NCBI GenBank assembly: GCA_015059335.1
Contig: SVAP01000002.1
Location: forward strand, 12,170-76,169
Length of the DNA: 64,000 nt
Direction: 5' to 3'
Origin: Bacillota bacterium
GTDB lineage: Bacteria; Bacillota_I; Bacilli_A; RF39; UBA660
Under the pieces are notes generated by a model. The model did not search any database. It was not told where the DNA came from and saw nothing but the letters and a program-made list of their open reading frames with translations. The translations under genes were made by a program, and so were the position numbers. Below are positions 42,758 through 52,614 of this stretch, in pieces (position 1 is the stretch's first letter; every line of letters starts with the position of its first letter).

Positions 42758-45298
42758 ATGAAACGTAGTGAAGTAAATAGAGATAAATTAAGTCCTATGA
42801 TGAAGCAATATATGGGTATAAAAGATAAATATGAAGATGTTGTGTTATTGTTTAGACTAGGGGACTTTTACGAATTATTTTTTGAAGATGCTATTAATAT
42901 ATCAAGAGAATTAGAATTAACATTAACTGGTAAAAATGCAGGATTAGAAGAAAGAATTCCAATGTGTGGTATACCATATCACGCATTAAATATTTATTTA
43001 GAAAAATTAATTGAAAAAGGTTATAAAGTAGGAATATGTGAACAAACAGAAGATCCTAAAAATGTCAAAGGAATAGTTAAAAGAGAAGTTGTTCAAATAA
43101 TATCAAAAGGAACATTAATCAATAATGAACTTCTAAACGAAAAGGAAAATAATTACATAGGTAATATTTATGATTTTGTTCATGCATATGGAATTAGTTA
43201 TACAGATATTTCAACTGGTGAATTTAAAACATTTTTAATTGACCATGATATACCTAAATTAATAAATGAAATAATTAATCTTAATCTAAATGAAATAATA
43301 TTAACTGATAAGTGCGACAAAAATATTATTAATATACTTAAGAATCAATATCATATGTCTATAACTGTGTATGATGAAGTATATGAAGGTGATACATATC
43401 AATATTTATATGAGGATTTAAATGATGTTAGGTATCAAACTACTATTAAACATCTATTATCATATTTACTAGAAACTCAAAAGAGAAGTTTAAATCACTT
43501 ACAAAAGGTAAAAATAAAAGATAATAATTATCTTAGAATGGATGTTCACACAAAAAGAAATTTAGAATTAACCGAAACATTAAGATTAAAACAAAGAACT
43601 TATTCTTTAATATGGTTACTAGATAAAACTAAAACAGCATCAGGTTCAAGACTTTTAAAACAATGGATAGAAAACCCTCTAGTAAATAGAAAAGAAATAG
43701 AAAAGAGATATAATGTAATAGATACATTATTAAATCAATTTATAATCAAGGAAGAACTTAGAAATTTATTATGCGAAGTATATGACATTGAAAGATTAAC
43801 TGGAAGAATTGCATATGGTAATGCGAATGGTAGGGATTTAATACAACTTAAAAATTCATTAAAGGTACTTCCTGATATTAAAAAGAATTTAAATGACATT
43901 AATTTTTATCATGATATAGATACTTTAGAAGAATTATATGATTTATTAGAAAGTAGTATTTATGAAACTCCACCAGTTAGTATAAAAGAGGGGTATTTAA
44001 TTAAAAACGGTTTTAATACAGAATTAGATGAATTAAAAGAAATAAGATATTCAGGAAAAGATTTTATTGCAAAGTTAGAATATGAAGAAAGAGAAAGAAC
44101 CGGAATTAAGACTTTAAAAGTAGGATATAATAGAGTATTTGGATATTATATTGAAGTATCTAAAGGAAGTATAAGTCAAGTAAAAGAAGAATTTGGATAT
44201 GAAAGAAAACAAACATTAAGTACTGGTGAAAGATATATTACTCCACTACTTAAAGAGAAAGAAGCACTAGTATTAAATGCAGAGGAAAAAATAGTAGAGT
44301 TAGAATACAATTTATTTTGTGAAATTAGAAATCAAATTCAAAAATATATTTCAAAACTACAAGATACAGCCAAAGTATTATCTGAAATAGATGTTTTAGC
44401 AGCATTTACAACAGTGACTGAAGAAAATAAATTTGTTAGACCAACATTAGTAAACAATAGGGAAGTATATATTAAAAATAATAGACATCCTGTAGTAGAA
44501 AAAGTAATGAAAGATGAATATGTAGAAAATGATATTATTATGGGTGAAGGTACTAATCTACTTTTGATTACTGGACCAAATATGAGTGGTAAATCAACTT
44601 ATATGAGACAATTCGCTATTACTGCAATAATGGCTCAAATCGGATGTTTTGTTCCTGCAACTGAATGTAGAATACCAATATTTGATAAGATATTTACTAG
44701 AATTGGAGCATCAGATGATTTAGTTAGTGGCGAATCAACATTTATGGTAGAAATGATGGAAGCTAATAACGCTATACAAAACGCTACATCTAATAGTTTA
44801 ATATTATTTGATGAATTAGGTAGAGGTACAGCAACATATGATGGTATGAGTTTAGCACAAGCTATACTTGAATATATTTGTAATAATATTCAGGCTAAAA
44901 CTATGTTTTCTACACATTATCATGAACTAACTAGTTTAGATAAAAAAATATCTGGTCTTAAAAATATACATGTTTCTGCACATGAAGAAAATGGAACAGT
45001 AACATTCCTTCACAAAATTAAGAATGGCCCAGTAGATAAAAGTTATGGAATACATGTTGCAAGACTTGCGAAGTTACCAGACGACTTGATTAAAAGGGCT
45101 AATGAAATATTAAATGTTTATGAGAAAAAAGAAAAAAAAGAAGAAGTGTTTACTCAAATATCTTTAGATTTTGATAGATGTGAACCACAAACTAGCAAAG
45201 TTGAAGAAATAATTAGGGATATTAATCCTCTAGAAATAACTCCTTTAGAAGCATTAAATATTTTATATGAATTAAAAAAAGAAATAAAAGAAAAGTAA
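42758..45298 (+). CDS. mutS: DNA mismatch repair protein MutS
   Basis: LSPMMKQYMGIKDKYEDVVLLFRLGDFYELFFEDA; Walker A TGPNMSGKSTYMRQ; STHYHEL. Confidence 0.97.
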   Translation: MKRSEVNRDKLSPMMKQYMGIKDKYEDVVLLFRLGDFYELFFEDAINISRELELTLTGKNAGLEERIPMCGIPYHALNIYLEKLIEKGYKVGICEQTEDPKNVKGIVKREVVQIISKGTLINNELLNEKENNYIGNIYDFVHAYGISYTDISTGEFKTFLIDHDIPKLINEIINLNLNEIILTDKCDKNIINILKNQYHMSITVYDEVYEGDTYQYLYEDLNDVRYQTTIKHLLSYLLETQKRSLNHLQKVKIKDNNYLRMDVHTKRNLELTETLRLKQRTYSLIWLLDKTKTASGSRLLKQWIENPLVNRKEIEKRYNVIDTLLNQFIIKEELRNLLCEVYDIERLTGRIAYGNANGRDLIQLKNSLKVLPDIKKNLNDINFYHDIDTLEELYDLLESSIYETPPVSIKEGYLIKNGFNTELDELKEIRYSGKDFIAKLEYEERERTGIKTLKVGYNRVFGYYIEVSKGSISQVKEEFGYERKQTLSTGERYITPLLKEKEALVLNAEEKIVELEYNLFCEIRNQIQKYISKLQDTAKVLSEIDVLAAFTTVTEENKFVRPTLVNNREVYIKNNRHPVVEKVMKDEYVENDIIMGEGTNLLLITGPNMSGKSTYMRQFAITAIMAQIGCFVPATECRIPIFDKIFTRIGASDDLVSGESTFMVEMMEANNAIQNATSNSLILFDELGRGTATYDGMSLAQAILEYICNNIQAKTMFSTHYHELTSLDKKISGLKNIHVSAHEENGTVTFLHKIKNGPVDKSYGIHVARLAKLPDDLIKRANEILNVYEKKEKKEEVFTQISLDFDRCEPQTSKVEEIIRDINPLEITPLEALNILYELKKEIKEK

Positions 45299-45303
45299 AA
45301 AAA

Positions 45304-45331
45304 TATAAGTCATAATTGGCTTATATTTTTT
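45304..45331. terminator. Bidirectional terminator between mutS and the convergent gene
   Basis: tataagtca-taat-tggcttata with T runs on both strands. Confidence 0.7.
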
Positions 45332-45869
45332 ATGTTGGATTGTAAGCTAACTTTAATACTTTTTTTGGAGAACCACAAGATAAAGTATATTTTTTACTTC
45401 CCATAATATGTTCTTGAACAATTGAAATATTTTTAATTTCTCCATTGTCACATATCGGAACATTAATATATTTATCTTGTTTTATATATATAGCTTTCGA
45501 TTCTGAACGATAAATTTTATAATTTGTTTTATATTTTTCTGATTTTATTAATAAATCATAATTAGTACTAACACCTATATTCTTTAATGCTAGTGATAAA
45601 TCCTTTAATTGATTTGTAGTTACATATTTAAAATCTTTTGCCATCATTTTATTAACAATAGCTACAGGTAGTGAGTATAAAATAAGAAATACTGGGATAC
45701 TTTTTAATGTTTTTTCTAATAATATTGGGCTTGTTATATTAAGAAGTGAATATATTGTTGTTGCGATCGCTGTTTTTGGTAAAATAAATTTACAATTTCT
45801 ATTTAAAGATATACCTGTTTTTGATTCTCTTATTTTATCAAATAAATCATAATTAATATTTATTTTCAT
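45330..45869 (-). CDS. Hypothetical membrane protein (179 aa)
   Basis: Two hydrophobic segments. No recognisable motif. Convergent with mutS. Confidence 0.5.
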   Translation of the reverse strand: MKININYDLFDKIRESKTGISLNRNCKFILPKTAIATTIYSLLNITSPILLEKTLKSIPVFLILYSLPVAIVNKMMAKDFKYVTTNQLKDLSLALKNIGVSTNYDLLIKSEKYKTNYKIYRSESKAIYIKQDKYINVPICDNGEIKNISIVQEHIMGSKKYTLSCGSPKKVLKLAYNPT

Positions 45870-45971
45870 ATTATCATTTCCTAACTGGATATATATTATA
45901 TAATATTTATTGTTTTTGTCAATTTCATATTCAAAATTATAATAAAATATAGTACAATATAACTAGAAGGG

Positions 45972-46520
45972 ATGAAGAAAATTATGATAACTGAAGAAGT
46001 AAAACAAAGAATGCAAAAAGCAATTGAAAATATGAAACAAAGATTTACAACTGTAAGAGCAGGTAGAGCTAATCCTGCATTAGTAAGTGATTTAAAAGTA
46101 CAATATTATGGGGTAGATACACCTTTACAACAACTTGCTACAATCTCAATTCCAGAAGCAAGACAATTATCAATTAAACCATTTGATAGATCATGTTTAA
46201 AAGATATTGAAAAAGCTATTTTTGAAGCTAATATTGGACTTACTCCAACTAATAATGGAGAAATAATCATAATCACTATTCCTGAACTTACTGAAGAGAG
46301 AAGAAGAGATTATGTTAAACAAGCTAAGTCAATAGCAGAAGAAGCTAAAATTGCACTTCGTAATATTAGACAAGATGCTAATAAAGATGTTAAAAATCAA
46401 GAATTAGCAGAAGATGAAGAAAAAAGAACAATGGATAGAATACAAGAATTAACTAATGATTTCAATAAACAAGTTGATGAATTATTAAAAGAAAAAGAAA
46501 AAGAATTAATGAGTGTATAA
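45972..46520 (+). CDS. frr: Ribosome recycling factor
   Basis: TTVRAGRANPALVSDLKVQYYG...IKPFD...LTPTNNGEIIIITIPELTEERRRD. ATG 45984 is an alternative start. Confidence 0.95.
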   Translation: MKKIMITEEVKQRMQKAIENMKQRFTTVRAGRANPALVSDLKVQYYGVDTPLQQLATISIPEARQLSIKPFDRSCLKDIEKAIFEANIGLTPTNNGEIIIITIPELTEERRRDYVKQAKSIAEEAKIALRNIRQDANKDVKNQELAEDEEKRTMDRIQELTNDFNKQVDELLKEKEKELMSV

Positions 46521-46522
46521 AT

Positions 46523-46951
46523 ATGAGTAGTTTATTTTGGTTAATAGTTTTTATTGGATTAGTAGTTATTGAATTATTAACTGTTGGATTAGTATCAGTA
46601 TGGTTTGCAACTGGTGCTGTAGCAGCATTTATTACTTCATATTTTACTAATAATGCCTACATTCAAACATCAATATTTGTTGTTATATCAATTCTCTCTT
46701 TAATTATTACTAGACCAATACTAAAAAAATATTTTAATAAAGATATAGTTAAAACAAATGTTAATAAGTTAATTGGAGAAACTGCAATAGTAATAGAAGA
46801 GTTAAGCAAAACAAATATAGGTAAAGTCAAAGTAGATGGGCAAATATGGAGTGCATTAAATAGTGAAAAAGGAAAAATAAGAATAGACTCTGAAGTAGAA
46901 ATATTATCTATTGAAGGTGTTAAACTTATTGTAAGAAAGAAGGAAGATTAA
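46523..46951 (+). CDS. NfeD-family membrane protein
   Basis: Two to three TM helices followed by the OB-like C-terminus GETAIVIEELSKTNIGKVKVDGQIWSA. Immediately upstream of an SPFH gene. Confidence 0.8.
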   Translation: MSSLFWLIVFIGLVVIELLTVGLVSVWFATGAVAAFITSYFTNNAYIQTSIFVVISILSLIITRPILKKYFNKDIVKTNVNKLIGETAIVIEELSKTNIGKVKVDGQIWSALNSEKGKIRIDSEVEILSIEGVKLIVRKKED

Positions 46952-46952
46952 T

Positions 46953-47846
46953 ATGGATTTGATATATTTTTTATTAATTATAATAGTTGTGTTAATAATT
47001 GCTAATATTAGAATTGTTCCTCAATCTAAAGCAATTGTTATTGAAAGATTAGGTGCATATAAAGAAACATGGCAAACTGGTTTACATGTTAAAATACCTT
47101 TTATTGATAAAATTGCAAATACAATTACATTAAAAGAACAAATAAGAGATTTCCCACCACAACCAGTTATTACAAAAGACAATGTAACAATGCATATAGA
47201 TACAGTAGTTTATTTTCAAATTACTGATCCAAAGTTATATACTTATGGGATTGAATATCCAATTAATGCAATCGAAAATTTAACAGCAACAACATTGCGT
47301 AATATTATTGGTGATCTTGAGTTAGATGAAACATTAACTTCAAGGGATTTAATTAATACTCATATGAGAACAATTCTAGATGAAGCAACTGATCCATGGG
47401 GAATTAAAGTTAATAGAGTAGAAGTTAAAAATATTTTACCACCAAGAGATATTCAAGATGCAATGGAAAAACAAATGAGAGCCGAACGTGAAAGACGTGA
47501 AGCAATTCTTAGAGCTGAAGGAGAAAAGAAAGCTGCAATCTTAAGAGCAGAGGGAGAAAAAGAAAGTGCAATACTTATTGCAGAAGCAAATAAAGAAAGA
47601 CAAATAAGAGAAGCTGAAGGTCAAGCTGAAGCTATAATTAAAGTTAAAAAAGCAGAAGCAGATGGATTAAAATTATTAAAAGATGCTAAAATGGACGAAG
47701 CAGTCCTTAAATTAAAAAGTTTTGAAGCAATGGTTAATGTTGCAAATGGACAATCAACAAAAATCATTATTCCATCAGATATGCAAAACATGGCAGGATT
47801 AGTTACAACTGCTAGTGAATTATTTAAAGATAAAGAAAGCAAATAA
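46953..47846 (+). CDS. SPFH/band-7 (stomatin-like) protein
   Basis: IVPQSKAIVIERLGAYKETWQTGLHVKIPFIDK followed by an AEGEK-repeat coiled coil. Confidence 0.9.
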   Translation: MDLIYFLLIIIVVLIIANIRIVPQSKAIVIERLGAYKETWQTGLHVKIPFIDKIANTITLKEQIRDFPPQPVITKDNVTMHIDTVVYFQITDPKLYTYGIEYPINAIENLTATTLRNIIGDLELDETLTSRDLINTHMRTILDEATDPWGIKVNRVEVKNILPPRDIQDAMEKQMRAERERREAILRAEGEKKAAILRAEGEKESAILIAEANKERQIREAEGQAEAIIKVKKAEADGLKLLKDAKMDEAVLKLKSFEAMVNVANGQSTKIIIPSDMQNMAGLVTTASELFKDKESK

Positions 47847-47865
47847 TAATAAACACATTTTATAA

Positions 47866-47949
47866 TAACAAAATAAAACTACTTCCAATTTAATTTGAGA
47901 GTAGTTTTTATATTAATCTTGAAAGGTTCAAGTAACAAACAATATGGTG
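47866..47949. repeat. tRNA-trailer/terminator module, copy A (no tRNA attached)
   Basis: taacaaaataaaactacttccaatttaatttgagagtagtttttatattaatcttgaaaggttcaagt...tggtg aligns with 49104..49188, apparently at high identity by eye. Contains bidirectional terminator aaaactact/agtagtttt and a second hairpin cttgaa/ttcaag. Confidence 0.8.
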
Positions 47950-48118
47950 CACTAAGGGAAGAAGTAGAACAACTTCTAGTACAAAAGAAACAGTTAGTAA
48001 TAACTATTAACTAATAAAAGTATAGTATTATATGTAGCAAAAAATAGCATCTATTTAAATATTGACCATAATATGTTATAATTAATATGGTTTTAGTTCC
48101 TGATGAAAGAGGTGCTAT

Positions 48119-48577
48119 ATGCATTTTTATGAATTAATGAAAAAATTAACTGAAGATAAAAAAACAATTATCTATGTTGATATGGATGGTGTAATTGCTT
48201 CTTATGATTTTGGGAAGCCACTTGATTTTAAAAATAAAAGACCTTTAACTACAAATATTAAAATATTAAGCAAATTATGCAATCTAAAAAATGTTGAATT
48301 ACATATATTATCAGTTTGTAGATTTAATAATGAGGTAAATGAAAAAAATGAATGGTTAAATAAATATGCTCCATTTTTTGAAAAAGATAAAAGGACTATT
48401 ATTCCAAAAGAAAGTTATCCGCATTATTCATCAAAAGAATTGAAATTAAATTATTTAAAATCATTAAAAAATGATGAACAAATTATTTTTATTGATGATG
48501 ACAATGAAGTTTTGAGAACTGTTCGTAATGGTTTGAAAGACATAATATTATATCAAGATTCTGAATTGATAGATTAG
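48119..48577 (+). CDS. HAD-superfamily 5'(3')-deoxyribonucleotidase-like (NT5C family) protein
   Basis: HAD motif I IIYVDMDGVIASYDF and C-terminal IIFIDDDNEV. The ~150-aa size is typical of YorS/NT5C-type enzymes. Confidence 0.6.
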   Translation: MHFYELMKKLTEDKKTIIYVDMDGVIASYDFGKPLDFKNKRPLTTNIKILSKLCNLKNVELHILSVCRFNNEVNEKNEWLNKYAPFFEKDKRTIIPKESYPHYSSKELKLNYLKSLKNDEQIIFIDDDNEVLRTVRNGLKDIILYQDSELID

Positions 48578-48594
48578 AAAGGCGAAATACATAT

Positions 48595-49053
48595 ATGTTA
48601 AGTTATGAAGGAATATTTTTTGAAGCAGATATGGTTGATTTGATACATTCGTTAGAAACAGAAAAATTAGCCAGAGTTAATGATGAAATACATTGTACTT
48701 TTAAATATCATCCAACAACTAATGAAATTTTCAATGATATAGTTGGGAGAACATTTGAAGTATATTTAATAGGTTACGGTAATGATGGACAAAATAGTGG
48801 ATTTGAAATATTATTTACTGATGAATTAAAAGATTATTATATAAATTATGATGAACAAAATGCAACTGTTTTAAAAACACCTCATATTACTGCATCACTA
48901 GCTGAAGGTGCAAAAGCATCAAACACAAAAAATCTTAATTTTAAACCTTTAGATAAACCTGTTAAGTTAGTTGGAAGATTTGGTTATTGGATCAAAGGTG
49001 AAAACGAAGAATACGTATCTTATGAACCATATTTTAAGGGTAAAACAAGATAA
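48595..49053 (+). CDS. Putative 2H-phosphoesterase-fold protein (152 aa)
   Basis: Two HxT motifs at the expected spacing: IHCTFKY (His33) and PHITASL (His97). Confidence 0.45.
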   Translation: MLSYEGIFFEADMVDLIHSLETEKLARVNDEIHCTFKYHPTTNEIFNDIVGRTFEVYLIGYGNDGQNSGFEILFTDELKDYYINYDEQNATVLKTPHITASLAEGAKASNTKNLNFKPLDKPVKLVGRFGYWIKGENEEYVSYEPYFKGKTR

Positions 49054-49103
49054 TAATTTATCACCGCTAATTGCTGTGTCAATTTGCAAGTGTGTTTCTA
49101 AAT

Positions 49104-49188
49104 TAACAAAATAAAACTACTTTCAATTTATTTGAGAGTAGTTTTTATATTTAATCTCGAAAAGTTCGAGTTTCCTATCAATCTGGTG
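49104..49188. repeat. tRNA-trailer/terminator module, copy B (abuts the 3' end of tRNA-Lys)
   Basis: See copy A. Hairpins aaaactact/agtagtttt and ctcgaa/ttcgag. Ends in the tggtg that is the CCA end of the minus-strand tRNA. Confidence 0.8.
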
Positions 49189-49259
49189 GGCCGCCAGGGG
49201 CTCGAACCCTGGACCCATCGCTTAAGAGGCGATTGCTCTACCAACTGAGCTAGCGGCCC
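49184..49259 (-). tRNA. tRNA-Lys (anticodon CUU), CCA encoded
   Basis: The reverse complement GGGCCGC-TA-GCTC-AGTTGGTA-GAGC-A-ATCGC-CTCTTAA-GCGAT-GGGTC-CAGGG-TTCGAGC-CCCTG-GCGGCCC-ACCA folds as a canonical cloverleaf. Confidence 0.92.
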
Positions 49260-49356
49260 AAATAACTTACTCACTTATTATAACACATAATTTACATATT
49301 TCAATAATTTTTATTTCAAATATTAAAATATATGTTATACTTTAATAGGTGATAAT

Positions 49357-49935
49357 ATGAAAAAAGGTATTAGAATTACATTAATAATTATTTTGATGAC
49401 AATAATTGGAACAGGTAGCTATTTTATATCAAAGGAAGTTACTGAATCTTATTTAAAAGATAATAAAACAATAAAAGATATTAATTTAGAAACATTTGTA
49501 ACTGATTTTAATAAAAATTTAAAAGAAAGCAATATGGACTTAGAATTAATTATAGATGAAGATGTTGTAGCTAATGAAAATAAAACATATTGGATTAATA
49601 TACAAGAAGGTATTGATATAGCAGTATTAATGGATAAAATAACTGAAAATAAAAATAAAGATGTTGTTAGGGTTACTGGATTAGCTTTTAAAACTGATTA
49701 TGAAGATAAAGAAAAAATAGAAAGTTATTTAAAAGTGTTGTTAAAAACTAACAATCCTAAATTAAGTGATGAAGATATAAATAAAATGATTAAAAACGCA
49801 AATAATATGAATAATTCAACTGAAAAAGATGGAAATAAAACTTCTAAAACATTTGAATATAAAGGATTAGGAATTGATCAAAATTCTAATTTAGAATCAA
49901 CTATATATAGAATTGCACGTTATAACAAATATTAG
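49357..49935 (+). CDS. Hypothetical membrane-anchored/secreted protein (192 aa)
   Basis: N-terminal helix ITLIIILMTIIGTGSYFI. No recognisable motif. Confidence 0.55.
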   Translation: MKKGIRITLIIILMTIIGTGSYFISKEVTESYLKDNKTIKDINLETFVTDFNKNLKESNMDLELIIDEDVVANENKTYWINIQEGIDIAVLMDKITENKNKDVVRVTGLAFKTDYEDKEKIESYLKVLLKTNNPKLSDEDINKMIKNANNMNNSTEKDGNKTSKTFEYKGLGIDQNSNLESTIYRIARYNKY

Positions 49936-49936
49936 T

Positions 49937-49963
49937 AGCACAATTTAAAATTGTGCTTTCTTT
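49937..49963 (+). terminator. Intrinsic terminator
   Basis: agcacaatt-taa-aattgtgct followed by a T-rich run. Confidence 0.7.
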
Positions 49964-49979
49964 AGCAAGGAGGTAGTCC

Positions 49980-52352
49980 ATGGTAGATAAGAATAATATA
50001 GTAAGATATAATCCAGATATTAAGTATGGATTATCAACTGAGGAAGTAAAAAAGAGATTTGAACAAAATTTAGTAAATTATGATACATCAGTAAAAACTA
50101 AAAAGATACCAGATATCATTAAAGGTAATCTATTCACATTATTTAATCTTTTAAATTTTATTTTAGGTTTAGCTATTTTTTTAGTGAAATCATATAAGAA
50201 TTTATTGTTTTTAGGTGTAGTAATAAGTAATACGGTTATAAGTACAATTCAAGAGATACATGCAAAAAAAACAATTGATAAACTTTCTTTAATTGCTGCA
50301 ACTAAAGTTAGAGTAATAAGAAATGGTGATGAATTTGATGTTCCAATAAATGAAGTTGTATTAGATGACATCATTAAATTAACACAAGGTAATCAAATAG
50401 TAACTGATGCAATAATTATGAGCGGAGAATGTGAAGTTAATGAAGCTTTTATAACTGGTGAATCAGATCCTATTTTAAAGAAAAAGGGCGATATGATTTT
50501 ATCGGGAAGTTTTATTGTAGGTGGGAAAGTTATTGCAAAAGTAGAACATATAGGAATTGATAATTATACTTCTTCAATTTCCAGTGGCGCTGGGTATATT
50601 AAAAAAGCTAATTCGGAGATTTTAAAATCATTAAATATGGTTATAAAATATGTTTCAATCGCAATTATTCCTATAAGTTTATTACTATTTAATAATCAAT
50701 TACATATAGATAATAATACATTACAAAATGCAGTAATAAATACTGTGGCAGCATTAATTGGAATGATACCTGAAGGTCTAATCCTTCTTACAAGTACTGT
50801 ATTTGCGGTTAGTGTTATTAGATTATCAAAATATAATGTACTAGTACAACAATTATATTGTAGTGAAACATTAGCTAGAGTAGATGTATTATGTTTAGAT
50901 AAAACTGGTACAATTACTGAAGGTATGATGGAAGTGTATGATATCATTGAACTTAGGAAAAATAGTATTGATGAAATTAATAATTCGTTATGTGCATTAT
51001 GTAATGTTTTAGAAGATGACAATGCAACTTTTAAAGCTATTCATAAGTTATTTAATTTAGAAAGCGATTATAAAGCAAAACAAATTATACCATTTTCATC
51101 TCAAAGAAAATGGTCTGGAGCTTATTTTGAACATGAAGGTTTATATGTAATTGGCGCTCCTGAAATAGTACTTAAAAATACTTCAGTTGTAATCAGAAAC
51201 AAAATTGAAGAATATTCTAAAGAAAATAGGGTAGTCGTACTGGCAAAATCAAAAGAGAATTTTAATGGTAAGATTTTACCTGAGAAAATGACGCCTTTAG
51301 CTTTGATTTTAATTAGGGATAAGGTAAGAAAAGAAGCAATTAAAACATTAAATTATTTTAAAGATCAGGGTGTAGATATTAAAATTATCTCTGGTGATAA
51401 TGTCATAACTGTTTCAAATATTGCAAAAAGGGTTGGTTTAGAGAATTATGATAAATGTATTGATGCAAGAAAATTAAACAGTTATGATGAAGTAAAAGAA
51501 GCAGTTTTAAAATATTCGATTTTTGGTAGAGTATCACCTTTTCAAAAAAAACAAATAATATTAGCTTTAAAAGAAGCAGGCCATACAGTTGCGATGACTG
51601 GAGATGGAGTAAATGATTGTTTAGCATTAAAAGAAGCAGACTGTAGTATTGCATTATCTTCTGGAAGCGATGCAGCTCGTAATGTTTCTGAATTAGTTTT
51701 ATTAGATTCTAATTTTGATTCTATGCCTAAAATAGTTGCTGAAGGTAGAAGAACCATTAATAACATACAAAGATCGGCAACATTATTTTTAGTAAAAACA
51801 ATTTATGCTTCATTACTAGCTGTAATCTTTGTTTTTGTTAGTATGAATTATCCATTTCAACCAATACAATTAACATTAACTAGTATTGTAACAATTGGTA
51901 TACCATCATTTGTATTAGCATTAGAACGGAATAGGGCAATGGTAAAAGGAAATTTTTTACTAAATGTAATTAGTAAAGCTATCCCAACTGCTTTAACTAT
52001 TGTAACTAATATATTAGTTGTTATGTTGGCATCATATATATTTAATATTAATCCTAGTGAAACATCAACATTATGTGTTATTTTAACGGGGTATACTGGT
52101 TTTATTCTTTTATATAAATTATGTTTACCATTTAATTTTACTAGAAAAATATTGTTTAGTAGCATGATAATTTTATTTTTAGTAGGTATCATTGGACTTA
52201 ATACGCTATTCTCATTAACCATGTTAGGTCCATATATGATATTTTTAATGATAATCTTAATGACAATTTCAGTATATATGTTTAGCATAATAACTATATT
52301 AACTAGAAAGATTATAAAAAAGTATGAAAGTAAATTAATAAGGAAAATATAA
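49980..52352 (+). CDS. Cation-transporting P-type ATPase (type II-like, PEGL motif)
   Basis: TGES; IPEGL in TM4; phosphorylation site CLDKTGTITEG; hinge MTGDGVNDCLALKEAD. 790 aa. Confidence 0.9.
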   Translation: MVDKNNIVRYNPDIKYGLSTEEVKKRFEQNLVNYDTSVKTKKIPDIIKGNLFTLFNLLNFILGLAIFLVKSYKNLLFLGVVISNTVISTIQEIHAKKTIDKLSLIAATKVRVIRNGDEFDVPINEVVLDDIIKLTQGNQIVTDAIIMSGECEVNEAFITGESDPILKKKGDMILSGSFIVGGKVIAKVEHIGIDNYTSSISSGAGYIKKANSEILKSLNMVIKYVSIAIIPISLLLFNNQLHIDNNTLQNAVINTVAALIGMIPEGLILLTSTVFAVSVIRLSKYNVLVQQLYCSETLARVDVLCLDKTGTITEGMMEVYDIIELRKNSIDEINNSLCALCNVLEDDNATFKAIHKLFNLESDYKAKQIIPFSSQRKWSGAYFEHEGLYVIGAPEIVLKNTSVVIRNKIEEYSKENRVVVLAKSKENFNGKILPEKMTPLALILIRDKVRKEAIKTLNYFKDQGVDIKIISGDNVITVSNIAKRVGLENYDKCIDARKLNSYDEVKEAVLKYSIFGRVSPFQKKQIILALKEAGHTVAMTGDGVNDCLALKEADCSIALSSGSDAARNVSELVLLDSNFDSMPKIVAEGRRTINNIQRSATLFLVKTIYASLLAVIFVFVSMNYPFQPIQLTLTSIVTIGIPSFVLALERNRAMVKGNFLLNVISKAIPTALTIVTNILVVMLASYIFNINPSETSTLCVILTGYTGFILLYKLCLPFNFTRKILFSSMIILFLVGIIGLNTLFSLTMLGPYMIFLMIILMTISVYMFSIITILTRKIIKKYESKLIRKI

Positions 52353-52521
52353 CTTCCTTATTTTTTTATTATAAAAATATTGACAAAGTATGACATTTTA
52401 TTGTAATATAAATGAGCAGTGGAAAGAATGGTTATAATATACAAGTTTTTACCACAAAATTCATTTTTTACTTGATTTTATCATAATAATATAGTAAAAT
52501 GAAATAGTCGTTTAACCAAAT

Positions 52522-52598
<77 letters not shown>

Positions 52599-52614
52599 TT
52601 TATTTTGTTAATAT

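Noticed and set aside
47944-48035. Possible third minus-strand tRNA or tRNA remnant after repeat copy A (it starts with tggtg like the other two)
   Set aside because: The reverse complement has a hairpin (agaagt-tgttct-acttct). It has no acceptor-stem complementarity, no TPsiC-type loop and no anticodon arm in register. I cannot support a tRNA call, and at best it is a decayed relic.
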